Assembly: GCA_937949965.1 (NCBI GenBank)
Contig: CALFBF010000023.1
Coordinates: 2,358 to 66,357 of the forward strand
Origin: an uncultured Roseibacillus sp.
GTDB lineage: Bacteria > Verrucomicrobiota > Verrucomicrobiia > Verrucomicrobiales > Akkermansiaceae
DNA: 64,000 nucleotides
Direction of reading: 5' to 3'
Shown here: piece after piece, positions 9,571 through 18,766 of the stretch
Position numbering within the stretch: the stretch's first letter is position 1
Layout of the letters: each line of letters starts with the position of its first letter
Program-made: the position numbers and the translations under genes
Notes under the pieces: generated by a model
What the model saw: the letters and a program-made list of their open reading frames with translations, nothing else
The model's database searches: none
Told to the model about the DNA's origin: nothing

Positions 9571-9849
9571 ATGCCGTCACGCGGTCGCCATCAATCAACT
9601 TCCAAAGAATGCCGAGTTCTCCTAAAAAAGCTGGAGCAACTCGACGGGGTGACGGCGGTGATCATCGGGCGATCCTATGGAGGAAAATCTCTCGGTAAAG
9701 GGAACGCCACTGGTGCGATCCGTGTGCAAAGAATCGTAAGCGGAGGGCTGAAAGCGGTGATGCAATCAGAGAAGGGATTGCAAGAGCTCTACATCCGGAC
9801 AGCGCCCGAACGGGAGAGTGAAATTTCTTCCCAAATCGAGGCGATTTGA
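9571..9849 (+). CDS. Hypothetical small protein (92 aa)
   Basis: ATG-initiated ORF in an otherwise empty interval, with no larger overlapping ORF. Basic N-terminus. It loosely resembles small DUF2103-type proteins, but I cannot confirm that. Confidence 0.4.
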   Translation: MPSRGRHQSTSKECRVLLKKLEQLDGVTAVIIGRSYGGKSLGKGNATGAIRVQRIVSGGLKAVMQSEKGLQELYIRTAPERESEISSQIEAI

Positions 9850-9881
9850 AAACCTGTTAAACGGAGTCATCGGAGGCGCTC

Positions 9882-12119
9882 TTAAATCGCCTGGTGGGTT
9901 GGTTCTGCCGGAGCAGGCATGGGTTCATTCTGCCCCTTAGGTGACACTTCACGCACTTCAGCGGGATAAGTGACTGGCTCAATAACAGGACCAAGATCTC
10001 CGCGACGACGGCGACGACCTTCATTCCAAATAAAGCCGGTGACGTGCCCTCCCGAAGACTGGAGAATCTCATTAGCTTCCCTCAAGTCACGATACTTTCC
10101 GCTCCCCTTCTGGACCACGAGGTAAGTGGCGTCAATGAAACGAGTCACGGCCTGAACATCTGCTTGAACCTCTCCGCTCTGAAGAACGGAAGACATGTCA
10201 AAGATCACGCGGTCAAACATAGAGGAAATGGCTTCGAGAAGACGACGCAGGCCAGGACCAGAAAGAAGGTCTCCGGTATCGCTCTCGGTCGCTCCTGTCG
10301 GTAAAAACCAGAGTCCGGGGAGACCTGTCTCGAAGAGAACCTCTGCGGGCTCAGCTTCGCCCATGAGATAGGCTGCCAAACCATGACGACTCCCATACTG
10401 TTCATCGTAACCACGGCTTAGCCCTGATTCTGAAAAATCGGCATCAATCACAAGCGTGCGGTAACCTTGCTTCACCATGGTCCGGGCGCACTTCATCACA
10501 CAGAAAGACTTACCATCACCATCGAAGGGGCTCACAAAGAGCAGAGTCTGCATCCGATCGGCCTCATCCCTAGGAGTAGGCGTGTAACGAGCGAGATGTG
10601 CTGGACGATTTAGGACGGCAAGACCGTCTCCCTCCACGCTCAATCCATCTACTACTTGATAAGAATAGGTAGGAAGTTTGGCCAAGACGGGTAACCGGAG
10701 CTTACGCTCGGCAGCAGTCGGTTCGCGCACCCGAGGATCAGCGACACTGGCCAAGAGAGCTAAGATTACTCCGACCGCGGCTCCCATGAATGCACCTACT
10801 AACATTAATCCCCTCTTATTAGGCCCACTCGGCCAAATCGGAACGAGAGGCCGCTCATCCCACCGCAAGAAAGAAGCATTCAAGGCTGCCCCAATCTGGG
10901 TTTCCTGTAATCGAGTTGCGACCTGGGAGTGAAGATTGCGATCAATCTCAGCCGCCCGAGTCAACTGCGAAAATTTTTCCCGTAAAGCTTCATCGCTTAG
11001 GGCCGACTTCTTGGCCTCGTCAACCAGAGTTTGGAGCTCCTGCTCACGGGTCCGCGCAATCTGTAAGTCCCTGGCAAGCGTGTTCTCCGCTTCTTCGCTG
11101 ACCGCCTCCATACGTTCAGTCAGGAGTTTGAGCTCTTGTTGAGCCTCAATATAACGGGGATGCTTTTGAAGATAACGTTCTTTGATTTTAGCAAACTCGG
11201 CTTCTCGTAAAGCCAGTTGGTTTTCCAAATTCAAAGCAACAGGTCCGCGCGCCCCTCGCGCTGCTAGACTAGGTGGTGATGCACCTCGACCGAGAGCGGC
11301 CATGGCGCGGAACTCAGCCTCCAACCGGAGCCTCTCTGCAGTAACGGTCGCCATTTCTTGGTTCAGGGTCTCTAGCCGACTCGACTGCAAGTTCTCCTGA
11401 GCGCCAGTTAGACCAAGAACGAGATTCTTTTCCCTAAACTCACGTAACTGCACCTCAGACTCCTCCATCTTTTTGCGAAGTCGCTCTTCCTCAGAAGAAA
11501 GTCCCACACTGGCTTTTGTGATGAGCTCACTACGACCTCCATCCTTCCATATTTCGTATTCCTCAACAATATCCTCAACGATAGAAGCGGCTCGGGCAGG
11601 ATCGGTATCCTTTACTTCGATATCGATGAGGCGTGTGCCCTTCCTCAACTCCACCCGAATGCGGCTATAAAGAGTGGCGAGAATTGCTTGGGGCTCAGTG
11701 CCCACTTCGCGATAGATAGGATCATCTGCGAGGTTATTCTTCTCTGCTACGTGAACAAGTACAGTAGAAGAAATGAGACCCTGTTCCACCGTCTTCATCT
11801 GTTCCAGATTGTTAGACTCATCTTGCGCCAGAGGATTATCCGAAAAAATCTCAGGAGCACGCGTCTTAATATTGAGACTCCCGAAGGAAGTATAGAAGAC
11901 CGGTTTCTTTGAGACATGGATATACATCCCAATCACGCTGAGTACAAAGCACACCGCTGGAATCCAACACCATCGAATGCCAGCATTGAGGATCTCTCGA
12001 AAGCTGATCTTTGGAAGCTGCAACCCACTATTATCCACTGCACCCGGACCTTGGCTCGGTGAGACATGGGTCGAGGGCGCTTGGGGAGCTTGGGGAGATT
12101 GAGGAATGAGAGAACTCAC
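9882..12119 (-). CDS. Polysaccharide co-polymerase (Wzz/GumC-type) fused to a P-loop BY-kinase-like domain; atypical, with no C-terminal Tyr cluster
   Basis: 745 aa. N-terminal TM, long coiled-coil periplasmic region, second TM (LMLVGAFMGAAVGVILALLA). The C-terminal domain has Walker A SPFDGDGKS, Walker A' VIDADF and a degenerate Walker B VIFDMSS. The tail is RRRRRGDLGP... with no Tyr run. Confidence 0.85.
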   Translation of the reverse strand: MSSLIPQSPQAPQAPSTHVSPSQGPGAVDNSGLQLPKISFREILNAGIRWCWIPAVCFVLSVIGMYIHVSKKPVFYTSFGSLNIKTRAPEIFSDNPLAQDESNNLEQMKTVEQGLISSTVLVHVAEKNNLADDPIYREVGTEPQAILATLYSRIRVELRKGTRLIDIEVKDTDPARAASIVEDIVEEYEIWKDGGRSELITKASVGLSSEEERLRKKMEESEVQLREFREKNLVLGLTGAQENLQSSRLETLNQEMATVTAERLRLEAEFRAMAALGRGASPPSLAARGARGPVALNLENQLALREAEFAKIKERYLQKHPRYIEAQQELKLLTERMEAVSEEAENTLARDLQIARTREQELQTLVDEAKKSALSDEALREKFSQLTRAAEIDRNLHSQVATRLQETQIGAALNASFLRWDERPLVPIWPSGPNKRGLMLVGAFMGAAVGVILALLASVADPRVREPTAAERKLRLPVLAKLPTYSYQVVDGLSVEGDGLAVLNRPAHLARYTPTPRDEADRMQTLLFVSPFDGDGKSFCVMKCARTMVKQGYRTLVIDADFSESGLSRGYDEQYGSRHGLAAYLMGEAEPAEVLFETGLPGLWFLPTGATESDTGDLLSGPGLRRLLEAISSMFDRVIFDMSSVLQSGEVQADVQAVTRFIDATYLVVQKGSGKYRDLREANEILQSSGGHVTGFIWNEGRRRRRGDLGPVIEPVTYPAEVREVSPKGQNEPMPAPAEPTHQAI

Positions 12120-12155
12120 TGGTCTAAAAAGGGGTGGGTGAAAATTCGATTCGAT

Positions 12156-12737
12156 CTAAAACCAGCCTTCTGGCACAAAGACGAAATCATCCTTCTGAAG
12201 AACTACGTCTTTTATCTTATTCGAGATTATACTCTTTAAATTAATCGTAAAAATCTTGCCGGTCTCTCCTCGCTGGAGGCTCACTTTCTTCACATTCGCA
12301 ACATCAGTCGCGCCCCCTGCCATGCTAATCACTTGCACGAGGGTAATCTTTTGCCCAAAGGGAATATTGAACACCCCTGGATCATTGACCTGCCCACTCA
12401 CAGTCACACTCCGCGGGACACGCTCAGTTATACGAACACTGACTTGAGGCCGCACGAGGTAACCATCACGCAGCTTGGCTTCGATTAAGGATTCGGCGGC
12501 GGCAGTTGTCTTCCCAGCTAGGACGATCGCACCAATAAGGGGCACCGAGAGAGTGCCGTTCTTTGCTAGACGCCCAGCGGAGTTGAGGTCCGGTTCCCGA
12601 TGAACAATAATGCTAATCGTATCGGAAGGATTTATCAGGCCGGTCATTCCCTGTGCCGCAACAGGATTGTTTTCCTCCTGCGCGAGAAGGGTTAATGAGG
12701 CCGCCAGAAGCAGGGCGAAAATAAGGGGAATCTTCAT
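12156..12737 (-). CDS. Short outer-membrane polysaccharide export (OPX, Wza-like) protein
   Basis: 193 aa. Signal peptide MKIPLIFALLLAASLTLLAQ. Poly_export-like segment SDTISIIVHREPDLNSAGRLAKNGTLSVPLIGAIVLAGKT...RPQVSV followed by an SLBB-like segment VTVSGQVNDPG. It is too short to carry a Wza-type C-terminal OM helix. Confidence 0.85.
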   Translation of the reverse strand: MKIPLIFALLLAASLTLLAQEENNPVAAQGMTGLINPSDTISIIVHREPDLNSAGRLAKNGTLSVPLIGAIVLAGKTTAAAESLIEAKLRDGYLVRPQVSVRITERVPRSVTVSGQVNDPGVFNIPFGQKITLVQVISMAGGATDVANVKKVSLQRGETGKIFTINLKSIISNKIKDVVLQKDDFVFVPEGWF

Positions 12738-12748
12738 GAGAAATTTTT

Positions 12749-13963
12749 CTAAAAACGGTAATTGAAGGAGAGGCCTATCTGCTGATTATCGAAGCCAAAC
12801 TCAGGATCTGTGGAATCATTCTCTGACCATTGGTAGAGAAGGATGACTTCCGCATTATCACTGAACGCATATCGAATACTGGGACGGATAAAGGCGATGA
12901 TGTCTTCACGACCTGAGGAAGGGGCATCGGTAATACTAAAATAATCGGCGGTCTCTCGACCCACCTCAAAATTCGCCGACCAGCCATCTTTAAATTGTTG
13001 GGTCACCCCTGCCCGGAAGCCAGTAAGATTGAAGTTCTCACCCACGACTGCTCCCGAGGCCTCTACCCGGCGAAAGGCCTCGAAGTAAAAGGCCGTCTTC
13101 GTCCGTGGCGTCCAATCCACCCGCGCAGAAAGAAAGGGCTCAACCTCAGAGCCAGACTCGTAGTCACGAAATTCTACCCCACCCTCAACAGAAATACTAA
13201 TCTTAGGCCGAGGTCGCCATAAAGCCTGCAAACCTAAGCGTTGAAAGGTCTGCACATCAGAACCCTCGACCTCTACCCGCCCGAGACGGTAGGCTAGCTC
13301 TAGCTCTGTCTTGGAGGAGTAACGATAAGAAACGGCCGCTCCTCCAGAAGTCTGGAAAAAATCAAAAAAGGTAGGTTCTACCTGATCTACTACTGAACGT
13401 TCCGCGAGGACACTGTAGGAAACCTTTCCGCGTGGGGAATAGGTCAAGGTTGCCTCTCCGCCGTATTCATTCCGATCCGATGCCCCCCCAATATCTGCAC
13501 TTGGACTGCCGAGTCGGGCCCATCGTGCAGAGTAGGCTAACGCGAGACTTTTCCTCCGTAACTCACCCTCAGCCGTGACACGATTATCGATTCGGTTATC
13601 CTCCGACCGGGAAAAATAAATGATGGCGGCACCTTCATAAGCAAGCCGAACCCAGTTCTTATCCCGCTCGCCATAAGTCCAGCCAATCGAGGGTTCAATC
13701 TGCGCCACGGCACTGCTAATCTCATCATCAGGCGACTGGAAGATGTTATCATCATACGCCAGCGAGGTCACCAATGAGACATCTAGGCCCTCCTTAGTAG
13801 ACTCACCTCTTCCGCCGCCACTGCTAAGAGAGCGACGATCTAACTTTGTATTTAAGCGATCTTCGGTACGGAACTGTGCCCACAACGAACTGCTCTCTCC
13901 AAAAATAAGAAAGACGGGCAAAAAAATCGCAAAAACTTTTATGCTTTGGGGGCGAAATGTCAC
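12749..13963 (-). CDS. Outer-membrane beta-barrel protein associated with polysaccharide export
   Basis: 404 aa, GTG start, signal peptide ...SSSLWAQ. Alternating amphipathic beta-strand pattern throughout, YDDN motif near the N-terminus, C-terminal ...GLSFNYRF ending in an aromatic residue. Confidence 0.7.
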   Translation of the reverse strand: MTFRPQSIKVFAIFLPVFLIFGESSSLWAQFRTEDRLNTKLDRRSLSSGGGRGESTKEGLDVSLVTSLAYDDNIFQSPDDEISSAVAQIEPSIGWTYGERDKNWVRLAYEGAAIIYFSRSEDNRIDNRVTAEGELRRKSLALAYSARWARLGSPSADIGGASDRNEYGGEATLTYSPRGKVSYSVLAERSVVDQVEPTFFDFFQTSGGAAVSYRYSSKTELELAYRLGRVEVEGSDVQTFQRLGLQALWRPRPKISISVEGGVEFRDYESGSEVEPFLSARVDWTPRTKTAFYFEAFRRVEASGAVVGENFNLTGFRAGVTQQFKDGWSANFEVGRETADYFSITDAPSSGREDIIAFIRPSIRYAFSDNAEVILLYQWSENDSTDPEFGFDNQQIGLSFNYRF

Positions 13964-14274
13964 AGAACTTGTAAATCTTTATAAAATTTTAGCGTCAGGA
14001 GCAAATCATTTTGCTCTTCTTGAGTATATTCCCAAAATACCTCCCCAACTCAGATTCATTACACCGAATAATAATTTCCTTAATACACTTGTAATCAATG
14101 AATCGCTTCAGAATTTAAGAAATCTTGATTAATATTTATCTAATCATCAAAAAAACTCTCTTAAGACAATCACGAAGCGTGTTCGCTTCATTATCAGACA
14201 AAAATCGTTCGCATATTGCCGTTTCTCTTTACCCATCCGTTCTAGGAAGACACTCTAGTAACCGAAAGAAACCC

Positions 14275-15690
14275 GTGGACTATCTCCGCTTTCATTGCCC
14301 CGTTTGCAACCACTTGCTTGTCGTCCCGCCAGAAGCTGCCGGTGCGGTAGGACCGTGTCCAGAATGCCAAACCCTCATCAAGAGCCCAAGTGCTCCTGCT
14401 CCTGCTCAACAGCCACAGCCATTCACCCCTCCAGCACCGGTTCACGAAGAAAGGTCAACGCCAGCCCTTGTTGATGCCCCTCCCACCCCGGAGCCTATCG
14501 TCGATCAGCCCACCTATCCTGACCAGCCCACCTATCCTGACCAGCCCGCCTATCCAGAGCCACCCATCTCGCAAGAAGTCCACCACGAATCTCCTCCGGT
14601 AATAGTAGCTCCTCCAGAGGACGAGCCAGAACCGGCCGTTCCCCTCGTCACCCCCCCTTCTCCGACTCTGCAAGAGCCTTCTCCCGTCGAAGAAGCCCCG
14701 CCCACAAACGAGGTTCCCGATCGCATTGAGAGAAAGAAAGCGCGATCACGTAGAGGCGGGCTCTCCCTCCTACAAGCCCTTGCCCTTTCGGTTTTCTTCT
14801 CGATCGGCTTCTTCGTTCTCGGTTTTTATTTGGGTAAAACAGGAGCGATTAGCTGGGAAGACATCGCCGCTCGCCTGCAAAAAGCGGAGCCTCAGCAACC
14901 TTCCAATAGCCAAGATGAAGCGACACCCCCTTCTGACGAGACCGACTTCGAGATCACCCCATTACCTAACGATTTAACTTCAGCAGAGGGCATTCCCCTC
15001 TCAGGCGCTGACTTAGAGGCACAAGCGAGTCTAGAGGCTTTTCTGGGAGCCGGGAGCTGGAGCGCACGCAACGCCTATGTCCTTTTTCCCGATCAAATGA
15101 TCCCCGAGATGGAAGCCTGCGCTCTTGTGCACGACGACGGTACCATTGCTTACGAAGAAATTACACTCACCCAGTCTCAACCTAATCTAAAAGTCTTTTG
15201 GATTAAGACTCCTAACAACGAGCATACCTTTAGCATTGCCCTGATTCAGGAAAATGGCCGTTGGCTCATCGACTGGAGCTCCTTTGTCGACTTTTACCAC
15301 AACCGCCTCCACTCCTTTGCGAAAGGAAAGAAAGGTCCCCATCGAGGAATCTTCCGCGTTTTCCTCAAAGCCGCTCCTGGCGAAACCTCTCCTCTAAGTC
15401 CCTCGCACTGCCTTGTGACCGCTCCACAAAATAGCGAAAGCTTCCAAGTCAACTCCGCGCCCGAGTCACAAGCGCGCAAGAGTTTGGCTGAAATCTTTCA
15501 AGCTCACCTGCAAAATGATCGAGAAAGATTCGAGGACGTGATGTCCAGCCACGGCACTCCTCTCATTGTCGAAATCTCCAGAACCGCAACTCCTAACCCG
15601 ACTCTCAACTTAACACGTATCGTTACAGTCGGATGGCCTCCCCTCTCCCCCAACGAACTCAAAAAAGATAATTTATCGAGCTTTTATTAA
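14275..15690 (+). CDS. Zinc-ribbon / proline-rich / single-TM membrane protein of unknown function
   Basis: CPVCNH-x17-CPECQ zinc ribbon, about 150 aa of Pro-rich linker with DQPTYP repeats, a TM segment (LSLLQALALSVFFSIGFFVLGFYLG) and a roughly 290-aa C-terminal domain. The maximal ORF starts at TTG 14125. GTG 14275 (MDYLRFHCPVC) looks more plausible, but the start is uncertain. Confidence 0.6.
   Translation: MDYLRFHCPVCNHLLVVPPEAAGAVGPCPECQTLIKSPSAPAPAQQPQPFTPPAPVHEERSTPALVDAPPTPEPIVDQPTYPDQPTYPDQPAYPEPPISQEVHHESPPVIVAPPEDEPEPAVPLVTPPSPTLQEPSPVEEAPPTNEVPDRIERKKARSRRGGLSLLQALALSVFFSIGFFVLGFYLGKTGAISWEDIAARLQKAEPQQPSNSQDEATPPSDETDFEITPLPNDLTSAEGIPLSGADLEAQASLEAFLGAGSWSARNAYVLFPDQMIPEMEACALVHDDGTIAYEEITLTQSQPNLKVFWIKTPNNEHTFSIALIQENGRWLIDWSSFVDFYHNRLHSFAKGKKGPHRGIFRVFLKAAPGETSPLSPSHCLVTAPQNSESFQVNSAPESQARKSLAEIFQAHLQNDRERFEDVMSSHGTPLIVEISRTATPNPTLNLTRIVTVGWPPLSPNELKKDNLSSFY
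14503..14556 (+). repeat. 3 x 18-bp in-frame tandem repeat (DQPTYP/DQPTYP/DQPAYP)
   Basis: gatcagcccacctatcct / gaccagcccacctatcct / gaccagcccgcctatcca, read directly from the sequence. It lies inside the Pro-rich linker of the Zn-ribbon protein. Confidence 0.9.
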
Positions 15691-15710
15691 TTTTAACTCC
15701 GTGTTAGGTA

Positions 15711-17108
15711 ATGTTTTTGAGATCGGGTCTACAAAGATACCGAGTAAGAATGAAGGACATTCCACCAGAAGAACCTCTGCAAGGTTCTGAACGCCGAAAC
15801 CGCGCTATTACTAGCGCGGTTTTCACATCTCTCGCCTCCAAAGTTGGCACCGTAATTCTACAATTTGTATCCATCCCTATCGCTTACCGGGTTTTGGGGG
15901 AAGAGACTTTCGGGCTCTACTCAACCATCGTAGTTTCGATCGGCACCATTATCTTATTCCAGATCGGAATCGGCCCCGCTCTCACTCACGGCATCTCCCG
16001 CGCAGTTACGGATAAAGACAAGTTACTAGAGAAACAGTATTTCACAACTTCTTGGTTCCTTCTCACCGCTTTCACCTTAATAGCAGGTTTCCTCGCTAGT
16101 CTGGTCCTCTCCCTCGTCCCACTCACCTTTTTCTTCGGTGAAAAGTATGCTAGCTTTGAACCACAGCTTCTCTCCGGTCTATGGCTCGCACTGGGTATTA
16201 TCTTACTCGAACTCATTCTCAATCACACCGAGAAAGCTCGTGAAGGCTTCCTGCAAGCACACATCAACAATCTTTTCGGAGCAACAGGCAATGTCCTCGG
16301 GGCTCTCACCATAGCAGTCGGCATCCATTTTTTTCAATCCATCGAGTTTCTCATTCTCGCCGTTTTCGGAAGTCGGGCACTCGCACGCATCGCCAACACG
16401 GCCTATCTCTTCATCCAACGGCCAGATCTGTGGCCACGACCACGCTACTACCGTAAACCGCTTGCTCGCGAGATGATCTCCGATGGAATCGCCTTCACAG
16501 TCTCACAATCGTTAACTAGCATTATCGAGTTGAATGGCTGCGGGCTCCTCGTCGCTCGCTTTGGGGGACCCATTGCGGTGGGTCACTTCCAGATAATGAT
16601 GCAGATCTCAGCCCTTATGATGGGAGTCATCATCATGTTTACCACTCCAACGTGGCCTGCAGTTGTCGATGCCTTCACTCGCAAAGACTTTGCTTGGGTC
16701 AGTAAAGCGACTCGCCGACTTTGGCTACTCGTCGGCAGTTATTGCGGTGCAGTCCTTCTTGCACTCCCTCTCCTCGGAACTTTCATCTTACCACTCATCT
16801 TTGGCTCTGAGTTTCAGGTCACTTGGCAAATCCTACTCACCTTTGCAATCTACTTTGCGATTGCCTCATGGGGACATACTAATAGCTCTCTTCTGATCGG
16901 AGTTGGACTTGTCAAGAAAGCCGCTGCCTTCTCTCTGTTAGAGACTGGAATCCTCTTCTTGTTAGCAGCTATCGGAATCTGGCTTGGGGGATTAATGGGT
17001 CTTTTTCTTGGTATGGCCGCGGCGATGTTTGCCGTCACAGGCTGGCTATTCCCGCTCATGCTTTTAACCCGTCTTCGCCTGAAGTCACTCACTCCCGCGA
17101 CGATCTAA
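15711..17108 (+). CDS. Polysaccharide flippase (Wzx/MOP superfamily)
   Basis: 465 aa and hydrophobic throughout (about 12-14 TM segments). The N-terminal NRAITSAVFTSLASKVGTVILQFVSIPIAYRVLGEETFGLY resembles MOP flippases. It starts 20 nt after the preceding gene. ATG 15750 is an alternative start. Confidence 0.8.
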   Translation: MFLRSGLQRYRVRMKDIPPEEPLQGSERRNRAITSAVFTSLASKVGTVILQFVSIPIAYRVLGEETFGLYSTIVVSIGTIILFQIGIGPALTHGISRAVTDKDKLLEKQYFTTSWFLLTAFTLIAGFLASLVLSLVPLTFFFGEKYASFEPQLLSGLWLALGIILLELILNHTEKAREGFLQAHINNLFGATGNVLGALTIAVGIHFFQSIEFLILAVFGSRALARIANTAYLFIQRPDLWPRPRYYRKPLAREMISDGIAFTVSQSLTSIIELNGCGLLVARFGGPIAVGHFQIMMQISALMMGVIIMFTTPTWPAVVDAFTRKDFAWVSKATRRLWLLVGSYCGAVLLALPLLGTFILPLIFGSEFQVTWQILLTFAIYFAIASWGHTNSSLLIGVGLVKKAAAFSLLETGILFLLAAIGIWLGGLMGLFLGMAAAMFAVTGWLFPLMLLTRLRLKSLTPATI

Positions 17109-17132
17109 CTGTCCTTCGCTCCTTGTCCTACC

Positions 17133-17975
17133 ATGGCAACGTCAGAAAAAAAACTTCACCTAGGCTGCGGACGTCGCTTTCACCCTGCGTGGGACAACAT
17201 TGACTTTTGTCCTCGAGTGGAGGGGGTCATTCTCCACGACCTACGCGAACCACTGCCCTATCCTAAGGACTCCATTACATACTGTCACACCGCACATGTT
17301 CTCGGAAACTTCCCAACAGAACAAGCTACCGCCCTCCTCCAAGAACAACTCCGCGTTCTCAAATCAGGGGGAATTGCACGCTTTGTCGTCCCCGACCTAC
17401 AACAGGTGATCCAAGAATACCGTGAACTCATCGGCCCTCTTTGCGAAGGAGACCTCAGCCGAGCTGCTGACTACGAGTGGAATCAAATCGAGCTCTACGA
17501 CCAAGTAGCGCGCTCCAGCTACGGCGGTAAAATGGCAAAATTTCTCACGCAAGAGCCTCTCCCAAACCGAGATTACATTCTCTCCCGAATCGGCGAAGAA
17601 GGAGCTGAACTGATGGACAACCCCCATGACGGGACCATTGTCCAGACAAAGATCAGCCCCTCTCATCTCAGATTTTACTTCCATAAAATTCAGCTCAAAC
17701 TCATCCGTGGTCTCGTTCAGTTTCTCGGAGGCAAAGAAACCGCAGAAGCCTTCCGAGAAGGCTGTTTCCGCCGCTTCTCAGGTGAAATTCAATGGCAAGT
17801 GTATGATCAATATTCTCTCACTCAAGAGCTGAAAGAAGTCGGATTTGTTGATATTAAGAAATGTCACCACGACGAAAGTCGTATCCCTTCCTTTAAAGAC
17901 TTCTGCTTCGACACCGATGAACAAGGCGTTGAACGCAAGCCCGAGTCCCTCTACCTCGAAGCCTCCAAGCCGTGA
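17133..17975 (+). CDS. Class I SAM-dependent methyltransferase
   Basis: Motif I KLHLGCG, acidic post-I region, HVLGNFP and LRVLKSGGIARFVVPD, all typical of Methyltransf_11/23-type enzymes in polysaccharide loci. Confidence 0.75.
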   Translation: MATSEKKLHLGCGRRFHPAWDNIDFCPRVEGVILHDLREPLPYPKDSITYCHTAHVLGNFPTEQATALLQEQLRVLKSGGIARFVVPDLQQVIQEYRELIGPLCEGDLSRAADYEWNQIELYDQVARSSYGGKMAKFLTQEPLPNRDYILSRIGEEGAELMDNPHDGTIVQTKISPSHLRFYFHKIQLKLIRGLVQFLGGKETAEAFREGCFRRFSGEIQWQVYDQYSLTQELKEVGFVDIKKCHHDESRIPSFKDFCFDTDEQGVERKPESLYLEASKP

Positions 17976-18733
17976 ATAATCAGCAAAGACTGCACCGTAT
18001 CCTACGCCGCCTCGTGCGTCCTCTCCGCAGACGTATTCAGTCTCCTCCCATCTCCGTGGGATTGGATCACTTCGACGGCCCCACCCTGATACTCATTGCT
18101 CATCCCGATGATGAAGTCTTTTGCTCTGGCCTCGTTTGTGAACTCCTTAGCAAAGGGCAAGAGGTCGCCCTGATCTGCTTTACTCGGGGAGAAGGCGGCG
18201 AACGTGGCCCCTACAAGCCCGAAGACAATCTCGCTCAAATCCGCGTTGAAGAATTAACCCAAGCCGCAAAAACCCTCGGCCTGTCGGATCCGACCTTCCT
18301 AGATTACACCGACCCCATATGCACGGACGGGCAGCTTGGCGAACCAGAACATGATAGCTCAGAACTCCTGCGCGAACTCGAGACCGTAATCACCACTCGA
18401 AAAATAAGCCACCTCGTGACTCATGGTTCTAGCGGAGAATACTGGCATCCCGCTCACCTCTGCCTCCATCGACACGCTCGCGTTCTCAATCGACGCCTCC
18501 CCCAACTCCAGCTCTGGACCTTCAATGCCTGGTCCGCCAGCCACCCGATACCGGCAGTTCTGAATCAAGACGACGCCACCCACCTCACGCTAGCAGGGGA
18601 AACCCACCATCAGCAGAGACTCGACTCTCTCACCTGCCATCGGTCACAGGCCGAAGTCTTCCGTCGTTTCGGCAACGGTTCATTAGAAGACTTCATCTCC
18701 CTCACCGCAACGGAATGCTACCGGAAGTGGTAG
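17972..18733 (+). CDS. PIG-L/LmbE family deacetylase
   Basis: LILIAHPDDEVFCSG signature and a downstream HPAH motif. The GTG start overlaps the upstream stop (GTGA). Confidence 0.85.
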   Translation: MNNQQRLHRILRRLVRPLRRRIQSPPISVGLDHFDGPTLILIAHPDDEVFCSGLVCELLSKGQEVALICFTRGEGGERGPYKPEDNLAQIRVEELTQAAKTLGLSDPTFLDYTDPICTDGQLGEPEHDSSELLRELETVITTRKISHLVTHGSSGEYWHPAHLCLHRHARVLNRRLPQLQLWTFNAWSASHPIPAVLNQDDATHLTLAGETHHQQRLDSLTCHRSQAEVFRRFGNGSLEDFISLTATECYRKW

Positions 18734-18766
18734 TCCGTTACCTGTTAGCCCCCCATCAGACACGAC

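Noticed and set aside
12080-12097. A tandem 9-nt repeat, cttggggag x2.
   Set aside because: It simply encodes the PQAPQAP low-complexity N-terminus of the PCP protein on the minus strand. It is too short to be meaningful on its own.
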